DNA of 64,000 nt, taken from assembly GCA_964057225.1 (NCBI GenBank), contig OZ059900.1, positions 14,198,001 through 14,262,000 on the forward strand, in the 5' to 3' direction. The translations under genes were made by a program, and so were the position numbers. How positions within the stretch are numbered: the first letter of the stretch is position 1; each line of letters starts with the position of its first letter. This stretch comes from Auanema rhodensis (Eukaryota; Animalia; Nematoda). Of the stretch, positions 25,830 through 40,471 are shown one piece after another. The notes beneath the pieces are model-generated. The model did no database searches, was not told where the DNA came from, and saw only the letters and a list, made by a program, of their open reading frames with translations.

Positions 25830-26406
25830 CTGTAATTCTTTGGAGTTAAAAGTAATTTTTTGTAGAACAATAATGAATACGTATTTTGTTTTTTAAATAA
25901 ATCAACGTCAACTCAATTATAGTTTATATCTGTTTTGAAAAACTTCAAACTATGCACAATATTTACGTCAATAAGTATTGCAAGGTGTAATTCACGATTC
26001 TATTATTAAAACATAAAAGAAGTTTCATATTAAGAATTACGAGACGCTATGAGTAAGTTCGTTTAGATTAAGGTTTCAGCAGTGTAATGTGAATCACGGA
26101 ATTTAATCTTATTCAATTTTCATAATCGATCAAAAACCTATTATATGCTCCCTGAGATCATGAGCAGTGTTCATAATCGGATAGTTTGTTTTGTTGAGGC
26201 TAAGCCTGGCCTGAAATTTTGAACAGAATATTTATTATCCTGAACAACATTTAATTGACAAAGTTTCGAAAGATTGGAATAAAAATTCTTAGCTGAACTA
26301 TATTCATTGATTCTATAACAAATACGATATGTTCACCAGAGTACAGTTTGAAAAACGCGATAACTTATCATATAACATATATTATATTAATTCCCAAAAC
26401 AAGATA

Positions 26407-29324
26407 TCAACTTGTGAAAAGAACGAGTAACGTTTTGGTTGCTTGTGCAAGTTGAAAAGCTGCATTACAAGTGTCAGTGCTGTTAAGATTGGGAGAGTTG
26501 CATTTGCAACACAATTTCTGGAATAGAAAGCTTATGAAGAAGTGGAAATTTCTTATAGTAACCGCTAAACAGTCCCACATATTCTCAACAGCTTGGGCAA
26601 CATGAGTTATCTTGATTTCAGGTGGTATATAGTTGATAATTTCCAAAACATGCTCTCCTATCTAAAACGTAGAACTTCAACTTCAGTAGTGCACTTTCTC
26701 TTTTACAATTTCTGCATGAGTAGTTGCAGACGCAGGCTGCAAACCTACCTGCGAATCTTGAACTAATCGTCTAATTTGCACAGTTAACTGCTCCGTCGCA
26801 CGTATAAGATTTTCAGGGAAAACTGAAATTTGATGTATGTATATCAGACAATCAGAAATAAATATTAACTCGAATTATCTTTGGGTACGGATGATTCCAT
26901 TCGATAGTGGCTCATACCTTTTTTTTCTCTGAAAAGTCTTTCATCCTTGCAAAAATCTCTATTCATTAAACAACCTTGTGATTGATGTATGCTGATTGTC
27001 CGAATTTGGCATCAAATCAGTGCAAGACGTTTTATCCTTTTCACCTAACTTACTGAACCGCACTAAAAAATAACTTTTCTTTTAACTGTTTTGAGTTGTC
27101 GAATAAACCTGAGACATCTGGTGACTTGTTAATCACTGGCAAACCCTTCTTTGGAAAAACTGTATGCACTTGAATGAATGTGATTTGTATTTAAGTACCA
27201 TACCATCACTATTGCTATTTGCTTTCACATTCTGTTGATTGTTCTTCGAAACACCAATGTTCGATGTTTCGTACGTGGACTGATTCTTCAAAATACATCA
27301 AAAATTAAACTTCTCTTACGAAACAATTCTGAATAACCTGCAATCTGATTTCTGCTAAAGTTGCAGCAATGGCTTTTTTATTGTCCATCATTTCTCTAAG
27401 TAAATTGAATGTATAGAAACTTGAATGAAGTCAAACCGTTTCAAGTTATCATATGCAGAAGATAACAACTGTAGACGATCAACTAGAATTTCGATATTTT
27501 GAGCACAGCGTACATGTCCAATATTGATCGGACATTTATTTGTTTCAAGCTCTGTATTTCCTTCCCTGAACTCATTTATATCTACCTTAAGCTTCAATGC
27601 CTTGATGCTGCGGTCAACTTCTGGTACGATATCGTATTCAACATCATCATCACTGCACAGTGGTTATTACATATTTTCAATTACAAATCATGAATAAACT
27701 TACTTATACAAGTGGGCACTTGTACACATCTCACTTGAAGAAACTTTGAAAACACTAGAAACTGTAGATGCAGTTATTATTCGGTTTTGACATTCCTAGA
27801 AATGCATTTAAGATAATCTCATAAAATTTGTCCAAACTGTGAGTATGTTGAGAACAAAAAACGAAAATTGTTGGCCATCCAGCTTGGCAATCTTTTGCCG
27901 GCACTGATTTCGTAGTGCTGAATAAAACGGTATGAGCTGTAAGTTATTTATAAATATATATATAAACTAGATGCAATTAAACCGGCAAAAATGGTACTGA
28001 GTATGCATCTTTCACAATGTTACGTTCGGTTCTAGATCTTATCCAATCTTGTAAAACTTGCCTTCTATCAATCTTCAAGAGAATATTATAGAATTCTAAT
28101 TTTCAACTTTACTTCATCGTAAACATCTTGAACTATTTTCAATAACTGTTCGTCAGTACAGTCATTTATTTTGCTTCTTAAATCGGCTAATGTCTGTGAT
28201 TGCTGATACGTGTTAATCATTTCAGGAATAAGATATGATTGAACCTTGAACAAAAGCAATGCTTCAGTATTCAAAAGATTTGCAAAAACTCACATCATGT
28301 CTTGGTTTCCGGCCTATGAGAAATAAGGATAACTGATCAGTCAAATAGTGTGATAGTTCATCCAATCTCACAATGGCTATTTTCTTAAACGAAATGTATA
28401 TTAAAACAAGCCATGATAAAGACATTAACATTATTTCTGAGAGCAGCTAGATCTCGAGGAGTTTGATTGTCTTTGTTCAATGCTAAAGGATCGGCGCCAT
28501 ATAGAAACAATAACTCTATCTGAATCAATCGTTGTTATGCTTTACATAGAAAAGATGAGTTTGTTTTACTTGAAGGTTTTGTCCTTCCCGCGCAGCAATA
28601 TGTAAACAACTATTTTCTGTCTCGGCTTCACATGAAAAAGGATCCGCTCCAAGCGCAAGCAATCTAACAATGAATTATAAATGTAGGAGCAATGTGCCTG
28701 CTTGCTAAACCGTAATGTAGTTTCCACATGACCAGTTCGCACACATGCTAATAATTGCTTATTTATATCATCCGCTTCTTCATCAATATTTTTTTTAGTA
28801 AAAGCTTCTTCTAGGTACTTTGAGAAAATAAAATCTTCTTTTATGGGTACGGTAGGATCACTGTAATTTATTTCATTTACTTTCAAGGCATAATTATTCA
28901 CGTTGGTATGGGTTTTCTTCCAAATTTAGAGTTAGTTGAATTTGGAATTATACTTTCCCAAATACGATTAGAGCCGTTTCTGGAAAAAAATTTAAAATTT
29001 CATTAGGACAAAACTGTTGAAAATTCGAGTTAATTCACCGATATAGATATTGCATAAGTTCTAACTGGCTACCGTCCCAATGGCCATATTTCAGCGAACG
29101 AATTATGGAAATATGTCGACCTGAAACTTTCAGTTCACAAATATATTCTAAAGCAATAACTGAACCTAAATTTAAATGAATTGAGCAGCAGTCGTCACAA
29201 AGCATAACTCCTCTATTGAGTGATGCCCAATGACACTCGACTGAAGAACAATCACAGCAAATATAGCCTGTACCACCTGGATAATAGTATAGTGATGAAA
29301 TTAACAAAAACACTTACAATCCAT
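26407..29324 (-). CDS. git-1: GIT-family ArfGAP, copy 4
   Basis: Near-identical tandem copy. Confidence 0.9.
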
Positions 29325-29901
29325 CTGTAATTCTTTGGAGTTAAAAGTAATTTTTTGTAGAACAATAATGAATACGTATTTTGTTTTTTAAATAAATCAA
29401 CGTCAACTCAATTATAGTTTATATCTGTTTTGAAAAACTTCAAACTATGCACAATATTTACGTCAATAAGTATTGCAAGGTGTAATTCACGATTCTATTA
29501 TTAAAACATAAAAGAAGTTTCATATTAAGAATTACGAGACGCTATGAGTAAGTTCGTTTAGATTAAGGTTTCAGCAGTGTAATGTGAATCACGGAATTTA
29601 ATCTTATTCAATTTTCATAATCGATCAAAAACCTATTATATGCTCCCTGAGATCATGAGCAGTGTTCATAATCGGATAGTTTGTTTTGTTGAGGCTAAGC
29701 CTGGCCTGAAATTTTGAACAGAATATTTATTATCCTGAACAACATTTAATTGACAAAGTTTCGAAAGATTGGAATAAAAATTCTTAGCTGAACTATATTC
29801 ATTGATTCTATAACAAATACGATATGTTCACCAGAGTACAGTTTGAAAAACGCGATAACTTATCATATAACATATATTATATTAATTCCCAAAACAAGAT
29901 A

Positions 29902-32819
29902 TCAACTTGTGAAAAGAACGAGTAACGTTTTGGTTGCTTGTGCAAGTTGAAAAGCTGCATTACAAGTGTCAGTGCTGTTAAGATTGGGAGAGTTGCATTT
30001 GCAACACAATTTCTGGAATAGAAAGCTTATGAAGAAGTGGAAATTTCTTATAGTAACCGCTAAACAGTCCCACATATTCTCAACAGCTTGGGCAACATGA
30101 GTTATCTTGATTTCAGGTGGTATATAGTTGATAATTTCCAAAACATGCTCTCCTATCTAAAACGTAGAACTTCAACTTCAGTAGTGCACTTTCTCTTTTA
30201 CAATTTCTGCATGAGTAGTTGCAGACGCAGGCTGCAAACCTACCTGCGAATCTTGAACTAATCGTCTAATTTGCACAGTTAACTGCTCCGTCGCACGTAT
30301 AAGATTTTCAGGGAAAACTGAAATTTGATGTATGTATATCAGACAATCAGAAATAAATATTAACTCGAATTATCTTTGGGTACGGATGATTCCATTCGAT
30401 AGTGGCTCATACCTTTTTTTTCTCTGAAAAGTCTTTCATCCTTGCAAAAATCTCTATTCATTAAACAACCTTGTGATTGATGTATGCTGATTGTCCGAAT
30501 TTGGCATCAAATCAGTGCAAGACGTTTTATCCTTTTCACCTAACTTACTGAACCGCACTAAAAAATAACTTTTCTTTTAACTGTTTTGAGTTGTCGAATA
30601 AACCTGAGACATCTGGTGACTTGTTAATCACTGGCAAACCCTTCTTTGGAAAAACTGTATGCACTTGAATGAATGTGATTTGTATTTAAGTACCATACCA
30701 TCACTATTGCTATTTGCTTTCACATTCTGTTGATTGTTCTTCGAAACACCAATGTTCGATGTTTCGTACGTGGACTGATTCTTCAAAATACATCAAAAAT
30801 TAAACTTCTCTTACGAAACAATTCTGAATAACCTGCAATCTGATTTCTGCTAAAGTTGCAGCAATGGCTTTTTTATTGTCCATCATTTCTCTAAGTAAAT
30901 TGAATGTATAGAAACTTGAATGAAGTCAAACCGTTTCAAGTTATCATATGCAGAAGATAACAACTGTAGACGATCAACTAGAATTTCGATATTTTGAGCA
31001 CAGCGTACATGTCCAATATTGATCGGACATTTATTTGTTTCAAGCTCTGTATTTCCTTCCCTGAACTCATTTATATCTACCTTAAGCTTCAATGCCTTGA
31101 TGCTGCGGTCAACTTCTGGTACGATATCGTATTCAACATCATCATCACTGCACAGTGGTTATTACATATTTTCAATTACAAATCATGAATAAACTTACTT
31201 ATACAAGTGGGCACTTGTACACATCTCACTTGAAGAAACTTTGAAAACACTAGAAACTGTAGATGCAGTTATTATTCGGTTTTGACATTCCTAGAAATGC
31301 ATTTAAGATAATCTCATAAAATTTGTCCAAACTGTGAGTATGTTGAGAACAAAAAACGAAAATTGTTGGCCATCCAGCTTGGCAATCTTTTGCCGGCACT
31401 GATTTCGTAGTGCTGAATAAAACGGTATGAGCTGTAAGTTATTTATAAATATATATATAAACTAGATGCAATTAAACCGGCAAAAATGGTACTGAGTATG
31501 CATCTTTCACAATGTTACGTTCGGTTCTAGATCTTATCCAATCTTGTAAAACTTGCCTTCTATCAATCTTCAAGAGAATATTATAGAATTCTAATTTTCA
31601 ACTTTACTTCATCGTAAACATCTTGAACTATTTTCAATAACTGTTCGTCAGTACAGTCATTTATTTTGCTTCTTAAATCGGCTAATGTCTGTGATTGCTG
31701 ATACGTGTTAATCATTTCAGGAATAAGATATGATTGAACCTTGAACAAAAGCAATGCTTCAGTATTCAAAAGATTTGCAAAAACTCACATCATGTCTTGG
31801 TTTCCGGCCTATGAGAAATAAGGATAACTGATCAGTCAAATAGTGTGATAGTTCATCCAATCTCACAATGGCTATTTTCTTAAACGAAATGTATATTAAA
31901 ACAAGCCATGATAAAGACATTAACATTATTTCTGAGAGCAGCTAGATCTCGAGGAGTTTGATTGTCTTTGTTCAATGCTAAAGGATCGGCGCCATATAGA
32001 AACAATAACTCTATCTGAATCAATCGTTGTTATGCTTTACATAGAAAAGATGAGTTTGTTTTACTTGAAGGTTTTGTCCTTCCCGCGCAGCAATATGTAA
32101 ACAACTATTTTCTGTCTCGGCTTCACATGAAAAAGGATCCGCTCCAAGCGCAAGCAATCTAACAATGAATTATAAATGTAGGAGCAATGTGCCTGCTTGC
32201 TAAACCGTAATGTAGTTTCCACATGACCAGTTCGCACACATGCTAATAATTGCTTATTTATATCATCCGCTTCTTCATCAATATTTTTTTTAGTAAAAGC
32301 TTCTTCTAGGTACTTTGAGAAAATAAAATCTTCTTTTATGGGTACGGTAGGATCACTGTAACTTATTTCATTTACTTTCAAGGCATAATTATTCACGTTG
32401 GTATGGGTTTTCTTCCAAATTTAGAGTTAGTTGAATTTGGAATTATACTTTCCCAAATACGATTAGAGCCGTTTCTGGAAAAAAATTTAAAATTTCATTA
32501 GGACAAAACTGTTGAAAATTCGAGTTAATTCACCGATATAGATATTGCATAAGTTCTAACTGGCTACCGTCCCAATGGCCATATTTCAGCGAACGAATTA
32601 TGGAAATATGTCGACCTGAAACTTTCAGTTCACAAATATATTCTAAAGCAATAACTGAACCTAAATTTAAATGAATTGAGCAGCAGTCGTCACAAAGCAT
32701 AACTCCTCTATTGAGTGATGCCCAATGACACTCGACTGAAGAACAATCACAGCAAATATAGCCTGTACCACCTGGATAATAGTATAGTGATGAAATTAAC
32801 AAAAACACTTACAATCCAT
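29902..32819 (-). CDS. git-1: GIT-family ArfGAP, copy 5
   Basis: Near-identical tandem copy. Confidence 0.9.
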
Positions 32820-33396
32820 CTGTAATTCTTTGGAGTTAAAAGTAATTTTTTGTAGAACAATAATGAATACGTATTTTGTTTTTTAAATAAATCAACGTCA
32901 ACTCAATTATAGTTTATATCTGTTTTGAAAAACTTCAAACTATGCACAATATTTACGTCAATAAGTATTGCAAGGTGTAATTCACGATTCTATTATTAAA
33001 ACATAAAAGAAGTTTCATATTAAGAATTACGAGACGCTATGAGTAAGTTCGTTTAGATTAAGGTTTCAGCAGTGTAATGTGAATCACGGAATTTAATCTT
33101 ATTCAATTTTCATAATCGATCAAAAACCTATTATATGCTCCCTGAGATCATGAGCAGTGTTCATAATCGGATAGTTTGTTTTGTTGAGGCTAAGCCTGGC
33201 CTGAAATTTTGAACAGAATATTTATTATCCTGAACAACATTTAATTGACAAAGTTTCGAAAGATTGGAATAAAAATTCTTAGCTGAACTATATTCATTGA
33301 TTCTATAACAAATACGATATGTTCACCAGAGTACAGTTTGAAAAACGCGATAACTTATCATATAACATATATTATATTAATTCCCAAAACAAGATA

Positions 33397-36314
33397 TCAA
33401 CTTGTGAAAAGAACGAGTAACGTTTTGGTTGCTTGTGCAAGTTGAAAAGCTGCATTACAAGTGTCAGTGCTGTTAAGATTGGGAGAGTTGCATTTGCAAC
33501 ACAATTTCTGGAATAGAAAGCTTATGAAGAAGTGGAAATTTCTTATAGTAACCGCTAAACAGTCCCACATATTCTCAACAGCTTGGGCAACATGAGTTAT
33601 CTTGATTTCAGGTGGTATATAGTTGATAATTTCCAAAACATGCTCTCCTATCTAAAACGTAGAACTTCAACTTCAGTAGTGCACTTTCTCTTTTACAATT
33701 TCTGCATGAGTAGTTGCAGACGCAGGCTGCAAACCTACCTGCGAATCTTGAACTAATCGTCTAATTTGCACAGTTAACTGCTCCGTCGCACGTATAAGAT
33801 TTTCAGGGAAAACTGAAATTTGATGTATGTATATCAGACAATCAGAAATAAATATTAACTCGAATTATCTTTGGGTACGGATGATTCCATTCGATAGTGG
33901 CTCATACCTTTTTTTTCTCTGAAAAGTCTTTCATCCTTGCAAAAATCTCTATTCATTAAACAACCTTGTGATTGATGTATGCTGATTGTCCGAATTTGGC
34001 ATCAAATCAGTGCAAGACGTTTTATCCTTTTCACCTAACTTACTGAACCGCACTAAAAAATAACTTTTCTTTTAACTGTTTTGAGTTGTCGAATAAACCT
34101 GAGACATCTGGTGACTTGTTAATCACTGGCAAACCCTTCTTTGGAAAAACTGTATGCACTTGAATGAATGTGATTTGTATTTAAGTACCATACCATCACT
34201 ATTGCTATTTGCTTTCACATTCTGTTGATTGTTCTTCGAAACACCAATGTTCGATGTTTCGTACGTGGACTGATTCTTCAAAATACATCAAAAATTAAAC
34301 TTCTCTTACGAAACAATTCTGAATAACCTGCAATCTGATTTCTGCTAAAGTTGCAGCAATGGCTTTTTTATTGTCCATCATTTCTCTAAGTAAATTGAAT
34401 GTATAGAAACTTGAATGAAGTCAAACCGTTTCAAGTTATCATATGCAGAAGATAACAACTGTAGACGATCAACTAGAATTTCGATATTTTGAGCACAGCG
34501 TACATGTCCAATATTGATCGGACATTTATTTGTTTCAAGCTCTGTATTTCCTTCCCTGAACTCATTTATATCTACCTTAAGCTTCAATGCCTTGATGCTG
34601 CGGTCAACTTCTGGTACGATATCGTATTCAACATCATCATCACTGCACAGTGGTTATTACATATTTTCAATTACAAATCATGAATAAACTTACTTATACA
34701 AGTGGGCACTTGTACACATCTCACTTGAAGAAACTTTGAAAACACTAGAAACTGTAGATGCAGTTATTATTCGGTTTTGACATTCCTAGAAATGCATTTA
34801 AGATAATCTCATAAAATTTGTCCAAACTGTGAGTATGTTGAGAACAAAAAACGAAAATTGTTGGCCATCCAGCTTGGCAATCTTTTGCCGGCACTGATTT
34901 CGTAGTGCTGAATAAAACGGTATGAGCTGTAAGTTATTTATAAATATATATATAAACTAGATGCAATTAAACCGGCAAAAATGGTACTGAGTATGCATCT
35001 TTCACAATGTTACGTTCGGTTCTAGATCTTATCCAATCTTGTAAAACTTGCCTTCTATCAATCTTCAAGAGAATATTATAGAATTCTAATTTTCAACTTT
35101 ACTTCATCGTAAACATCTTGAACTATTTTCAATAACTGTTCGTCAGTACAGTCATTTATTTTGCTTCTTAAATCGGCTAATGTCTGTGATTGCTGATACG
35201 TGTTAATCATTTCAGGAATAAGATATGATTGAACCTTGAACAAAAGCAATGCTTCAGTATTCAAAAGATTTGCAAAAACTCACATCATGTCTTGGTTTCC
35301 GGCCTATGAGAAATAAGGATAACTGATCAGTCAAATAGTGTGATAGTTCATCCAATCTCACAATGGCTATTTTCTTAAACGAAATGTATATTAAAACAAG
35401 CCATGATAGAGACATTAACATTATTTCTGAGAGCAGCTAGATCTCGAGGAGTTTGATTGTCTTTGTTCAATGCTAAAGGATCGGCGCCATATAGAAACAA
35501 TAACTCTATCTGAATCAATCGTTGTTATGCTTTACATAGAAAAGATGAATTTGTTTTACTTGAAGGTTTTGTCCTTCCCGCGCAGCAATATGTAAACAAC
35601 TATTTTCTGTCTCGGCTTCACATGAAAAAGGATCCGCTCCAAGCGCAAGCAATCTAACAATGAATTATAAATGTAGGAGCAATGTGCCTGCTTGCTAAAC
35701 CGTAATGTAGTTTCCACATGACCAGTTCGCACACATGCTAATAATTGCTTATTTATATCATCCGCTTCTTCATCAATATTTTTTTTAGTAAAAGCTTCTT
35801 CTAGGTACTTTGAGAAAATAAAATCTTCTTTTATGGGTACGGTAGGATCACTGTAACTTATTTCATTTACTTTCAAGGCATAATTATTCACGTTGGTATG
35901 GGTTTTCTTCCAAATTTAGAGTTAGTTGAATTTGGAATTATACTTTCCCAAATACGATTAGAGCCGTTTCTGGAAAAAAATTTAAAATTTCATTAGGACA
36001 AAACTGTTGAAAATTCGAGTTAATTCACCGATATAGATATTGCATAAGTTCTAACTGGCTACCGTCCCAATGGCCATATTTCAGCGAACGAATTATGGAA
36101 ATATGTCGACCTGAAACTTTCAGTTCACAAATATATTCTAAAGCAATAACTGAACCTAAATTTAAATGAATTGAGCAGCAGTCGTCACAAAGCATAACTC
36201 CTCTATTGAGTGATGCCCAATGACACTCGACTGAAGAACAATCACAGCAAATATAGCCTGTACCACCTGGATAATAGTATAGTGATGAAATTAACAAAAA
36301 CACTTACAATCCAT
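33397..36314 (-). CDS. git-1: GIT-family ArfGAP, copy 6
   Basis: Near-identical tandem copy. Confidence 0.9.
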
Positions 36315-36891
36315 CTGTAATTCTTTGGAGTTAAAAGTAATTTTTTGTAGAACAATAATGAATACGTATTTTGTTTTTTAAATAAATCAACGTCAACTCA
36401 ATTATAGTTTATATCTGTTTTGAAAAACTTCAAACTATGCACAATATTTACGTCAATAAGTATTGCAAGGTGTAATTCACGATTCTATTATTAAAACATA
36501 AAAGAAGTTTCATATTAAGAATTACGAGACGCTATGAGTAAGTTCGTTTAGATTAAGGTTTCAGCAGTGTAATGTGAATCACGGAATTTAATCTTATTCA
36601 ATTTTCATAATCGATCAAAAACCTATTATATGCTCCCTGAGATCATGAGCAGTGTTCATAATCGGATAGTTTGTTTTGTTGAGGCTAAGCCTGGCCTGAA
36701 ATTTTGAACAGAATATTTATTATCCTGAACAACATTTAATTGACAAAGTTTCGAAAGATTGGAATAAAAATTCTTAGCTGAACTATATTCATTGATTCTA
36801 TAACAAATACGATATGTTCACCAGAGTACAGTTTGAAAAACGCGATAACTTATCATATAACATATATTATATTAATTCCCAAAACAAGATA

Positions 36892-39341
36892 TCAACTTGT
36901 GAAAAGAACGAGTAACGTTTTGGTTGCTTGTGCAAGTTGAAAAGCTGCATTACAAGTGTCAGTGCTGTTAAGATTGGGAGAGTTGCATTTGCAACACAAT
37001 TTCTGGAATAGAAAGCTTATGAAGAAGTGGAAATTTCTTATAGTAACCGCTAAACAGTCCCACATATTCTCAACAGCTTGGGCAACATGAGTTATCTTGA
37101 TTTCAGGTGGTATATAGTTGATAATTTCCAAAACATGCTCTCCTATCTAAAACGTAGAACTTCAACTTCAGTAGTGCACTTTCTCTTTTACAATTTCTGC
37201 ATGAGTAGTTGCAGACGCAGGCTGCAAACCTACCTGCGAATCTTGAACTAATCGTCTAATTTGCACAGTTAACTGCTCCGTCGCACGTATAAGATTTTCA
37301 GGGAAAACTGAAATTTGATGTATGTATATCAGACAATCAGAAATAAATATTAACTCGAATTATCTTTGGGTACGGATGATTCCATTCGATAGTGGCTCAT
37401 ACCTTTTTTTTCTCTGAAAAGTCTTTCATCCTTGCAAAAATCTCTATTCATTAAACAACCTTGTGATTGATGTATGCTGATTGTCCGAATTTGGCATCAA
37501 ATCAGTGCAAGACGTTTTATCCTTTTCACCTAACTTACTGAACCGCACTAAAAAATAACTTTTCTTTTAACTGTTTTGAGTTGTCGAATAAACCTGAGAC
37601 ATCTGGTGACTTGTTAATCACTGGCAAACCCTTCTTTGGAAAAACTGTATGCACTTGAATGAATGTGATTTGTATTTAAGTACCATACCATCACTATTGC
37701 TATTTGCTTTCACATTCTGTTGATTGTTCTTCGAAACACCAATGTTCGATGTTTCGTACGTGGACTGATTCTTCAAAATACATCAAAAATTAAACTTCTC
37801 TTACGAAACAATTCTGAATAACCTGCAATCTGATTTCTGCTAAAGTTGCAGCAATGGCTTTTTTATTGTCCATCATTTCTCTAAGTAAATTGAATGTATA
37901 GAAACTTGAATGAAGTCAAACCGTTTCAAGTTATCATATGCAGAAGATAACAACTGTAGACGATCAACTAGAATTTCGATATTTTGAGCACAGCGTACAT
38001 GTCCAATATTGATCGGACATTTATTTGTTTCAAGCTCTGTATTTCCTTCCCTGAACTCATTTATATCTACCTTAAGCTTCAATGCCTTGATGCTGCGGTC
38101 AACTTCTGGTACGATATCGTATTCAACATCATCATCACTGCACAGTGGTTATTACATATTTTCAATTACAAATCATGAATAAACTTACTTATACAAGTGG
38201 GCACTTGTACACATCTCACTTGAAGAAACTTTGAAAACACTAGAAACTGTAGATGCAGTTATTATTCGGTTTTGACATTCCTAGAAATGCATTTAAGATA
38301 ATCTCATAAAATTTGTCCAAACTGTGAGTATGTTGAGAACAAAAAACGAAAATTGTTGGCCATCCAGCTTGGCAATCTTTTGCCGGCACTGATTTCGTAG
38401 TGCTGAATAAAACGGTATGAGCTGTAAGTTATTTATAAATATATATATAAACTAGATGCAATTAAACCGGCAAAAATGGTACTGAGTATGCATCTTTCAC
38501 AATGTTACGTTCGGTTCTAGATCTTATCCAATCTTGTAAAACTTGCCTTCTATCAATCTTCAAGAGAATATTATAGAATTCTAATTTTCAACTTTACTTC
38601 ATCGTAAACATCTTGAACTATTTTCAATAACTGTTCGTCAGTACAGTCATTTATTTTGCTTCTTAAATCGGCTAATGTCTGTGATTGCTGATACGTGTTA
38701 ATCATTTCAGGAATAAGATATGATTGAACCTTGAACAAAAGCAATGCTTCAGTATTCAAAAGATTTGCAAAAACTCACATCATGTCTTGGTTTCCAGCCT
38801 ATGAGAAATAAGGATAACTGATCAGTCAAATAGTGTGATAGTTCATCCAATCTCACAATGGCTATTTTCTTAAACGAAATGTATATTAAAACAAGCCATG
38901 ATAGAGACATTAACATTATTTCTGAGAGCAGCTAGATCTCGAGGAGTTTGATTGTCTTTGTTCAATGCTAAAGGATCGGCGCCATATAGAAACAATAACT
39001 CTATCTGAATCAATCGTTGTTATGCTTTACATAGAAAAGATGAATTTGTTTTACTTGAAGGTTTTGTCCTTCCCGCGCAGCAATATGTAAACAACTATTT
39101 TCTGTCTCGGCTTCACATGAAAAAGGATCCGCTCCAAGCGCAAGCAATCTAACAATGAATTATAAATGTAGGAGCAATGTGCCTGCTTGCTAAACCGTAA
39201 TGTAGTTTCCACATGACCAGTTCGCACACATGCTAATAATTGCTTATTTATATCATCCGCTTCTTCATCAATATTTTTTTTAGTAAAAGCTTCTTCTAGG
39301 TACTTTGAGAAAATAAAATCTTCTTTTATGGGTACGGTAGG
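36892..39341 (-). pseudogene. git-1: 5'-truncated git-1, copy 7 (lacks start codon, Zn finger and upstream region)
   Basis: Homology stops inside the PTVPIKEDF exon at 39341, just before the tRNA array. Also carries CGG>TGG (R>W) at 38796. Confidence 0.85.
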
Positions 39342-39521
39342 CAAACTCTTGCCTTCTATCAATCTCCTAGAGAAAAAAAAAATCAAAAATCTCAAATCAC
39401 TTTTGAAAAAACAGAAAGTTCAAAACAACCTTTTTTCTAATAATTATCTTTTTTATCCGACTTTTGGAAGAAAACAAAAATAGCATAACATTCAATAACG
39501 ATGAATCAGAACAAAAACATT

Positions 39522-39593
39522 CTCCCCGGCCGGGAATTGAACCCGGGTCTTGCATGTGACAGACGCGGATACTCACCATTATACTACCGAGGA
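39522..39593 (-). tRNA. tRNA-Asp(GTC), copy 1, edge variant with 2 substitutions (D-loop and anticodon stem)
   Basis: 72-nt cloverleaf, anticodon GTC. Confidence 0.85.
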
Positions 39594-39960
39594 TTGAATT
39601 TGCACTTAGAAACTTTCATTAAGAGTGTGAGTTTGAATTATAGTAGAAAAATGAAACACTGTCTCTAACATATATTGATTTATGGCCTACTTTACTCAAA
39701 GAGCTAATTGAAGTTTGGTGTTACAATGAACAATTGATTAACGCTGACGTTTCAATTTTTTTCATCGTAATTAAGATAGAACATTTAAATTAAATAGAAA
39801 TGTTTGAAAATTTAAAAAAAAATCACAAGCTCAAATCACTTTTGAAAAAGCAGAAAGTTTAAAACAATCTTTTTTCTAATAATTATCGTTTTAATTCGAC
39901 TTTTGGAAGAAAACAAAATAAGCATAACATTCAATAACGATGAATCAGAACAAAAACATT

Positions 39961-40032
39961 CTCCCCGGCCGGGAATTGAACCCGGGTCTCGCATGTGACA
40001 GACGCGGATACTCACCACTATACTACCGAGGA
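39961..40032 (-). tRNA. tRNA-Asp(GTC)
   Basis: TCCTCGGTAGTATAGTGGTGAGTATCCGCGTCTGTCACATGCGAGACCCGGGTTCAATTCCCGGCCGGGGAG. Acceptor TCCTCGG/CCGGGGA, anticodon loop CTGTCAC, T-arm CCGGG-TTCAATT-CCCGG, discriminator G. Confidence 0.97.
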
Positions 40033-40399
40033 TTGAATTTGCACTTAGAAACTTTCATTAAGAGTGTGAGTTTGAATTATAGTAGAAAAATGAAACACTG
40101 TCTCTAACATATCTTGATTTATGGCCTACTTTACTCAAAGAGCTAATTGAAGTTTGGTGTTACAATGAACAATTGATTAACGCTGACGTTTCAATTTTTT
40201 TCATCGTAATTAAGATAGAACATTTAAATTAAATAGAAATGTTTGAAAATTTAAAAAAAAATCACAAGCTCAAATCACTTTTGAAAAAGCAGAAAGTTTA
40301 AAACAATCTTTTTTCTAATAATTATCGTTTTTATCCGACTTTTTGAAGAAAACAAAAATAGCATAACATTCAATAACGATGAATCAGAACAAAAACATT

Positions 40400-40471
40400 C
40401 TCCCCGGCCGGGAATTGAACCCGGGTCTCGCATGTGACAGACGCGGATACTCACCACTATACTACCGAGGA
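40400..40471 (-). tRNA. tRNA-Asp(GTC)
   Basis: Array consensus copy. Confidence 0.95.

Larger units (their letters stand above)
15731..39341 (-). repeat. Tandem array of a 3,495-bp git-1-containing unit, about 6.76 copies, more than 99% identical
   Basis: ORFs recur at exact 3,495-bp offsets (15922, 19417, 22912, 26407, 29902, 33397, 36892). Units start at 'attttgaacagaat' (15731, 19226, and so on). The array ends at 'ggtacggtagg' (39341). Confidence 0.98.

Noticed and set aside
39051-39395. Chimeric 114-aa ORF MRFLIFFFSRRLIEGKSLPTVPIK... as a new fusion gene
   Set aside because: It has a non-ATG start in spacer sequence and reads through a git-1 intron. It is a by-product of the junction.
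39645-39665. GTGTTTCA upstream of each tRNA as a piRNA (Ruby) motif
   Set aside because: It mismatches CTGTTTCA, and there is no convincing YRNT at the expected spacing. 21U small-RNA data would be needed.
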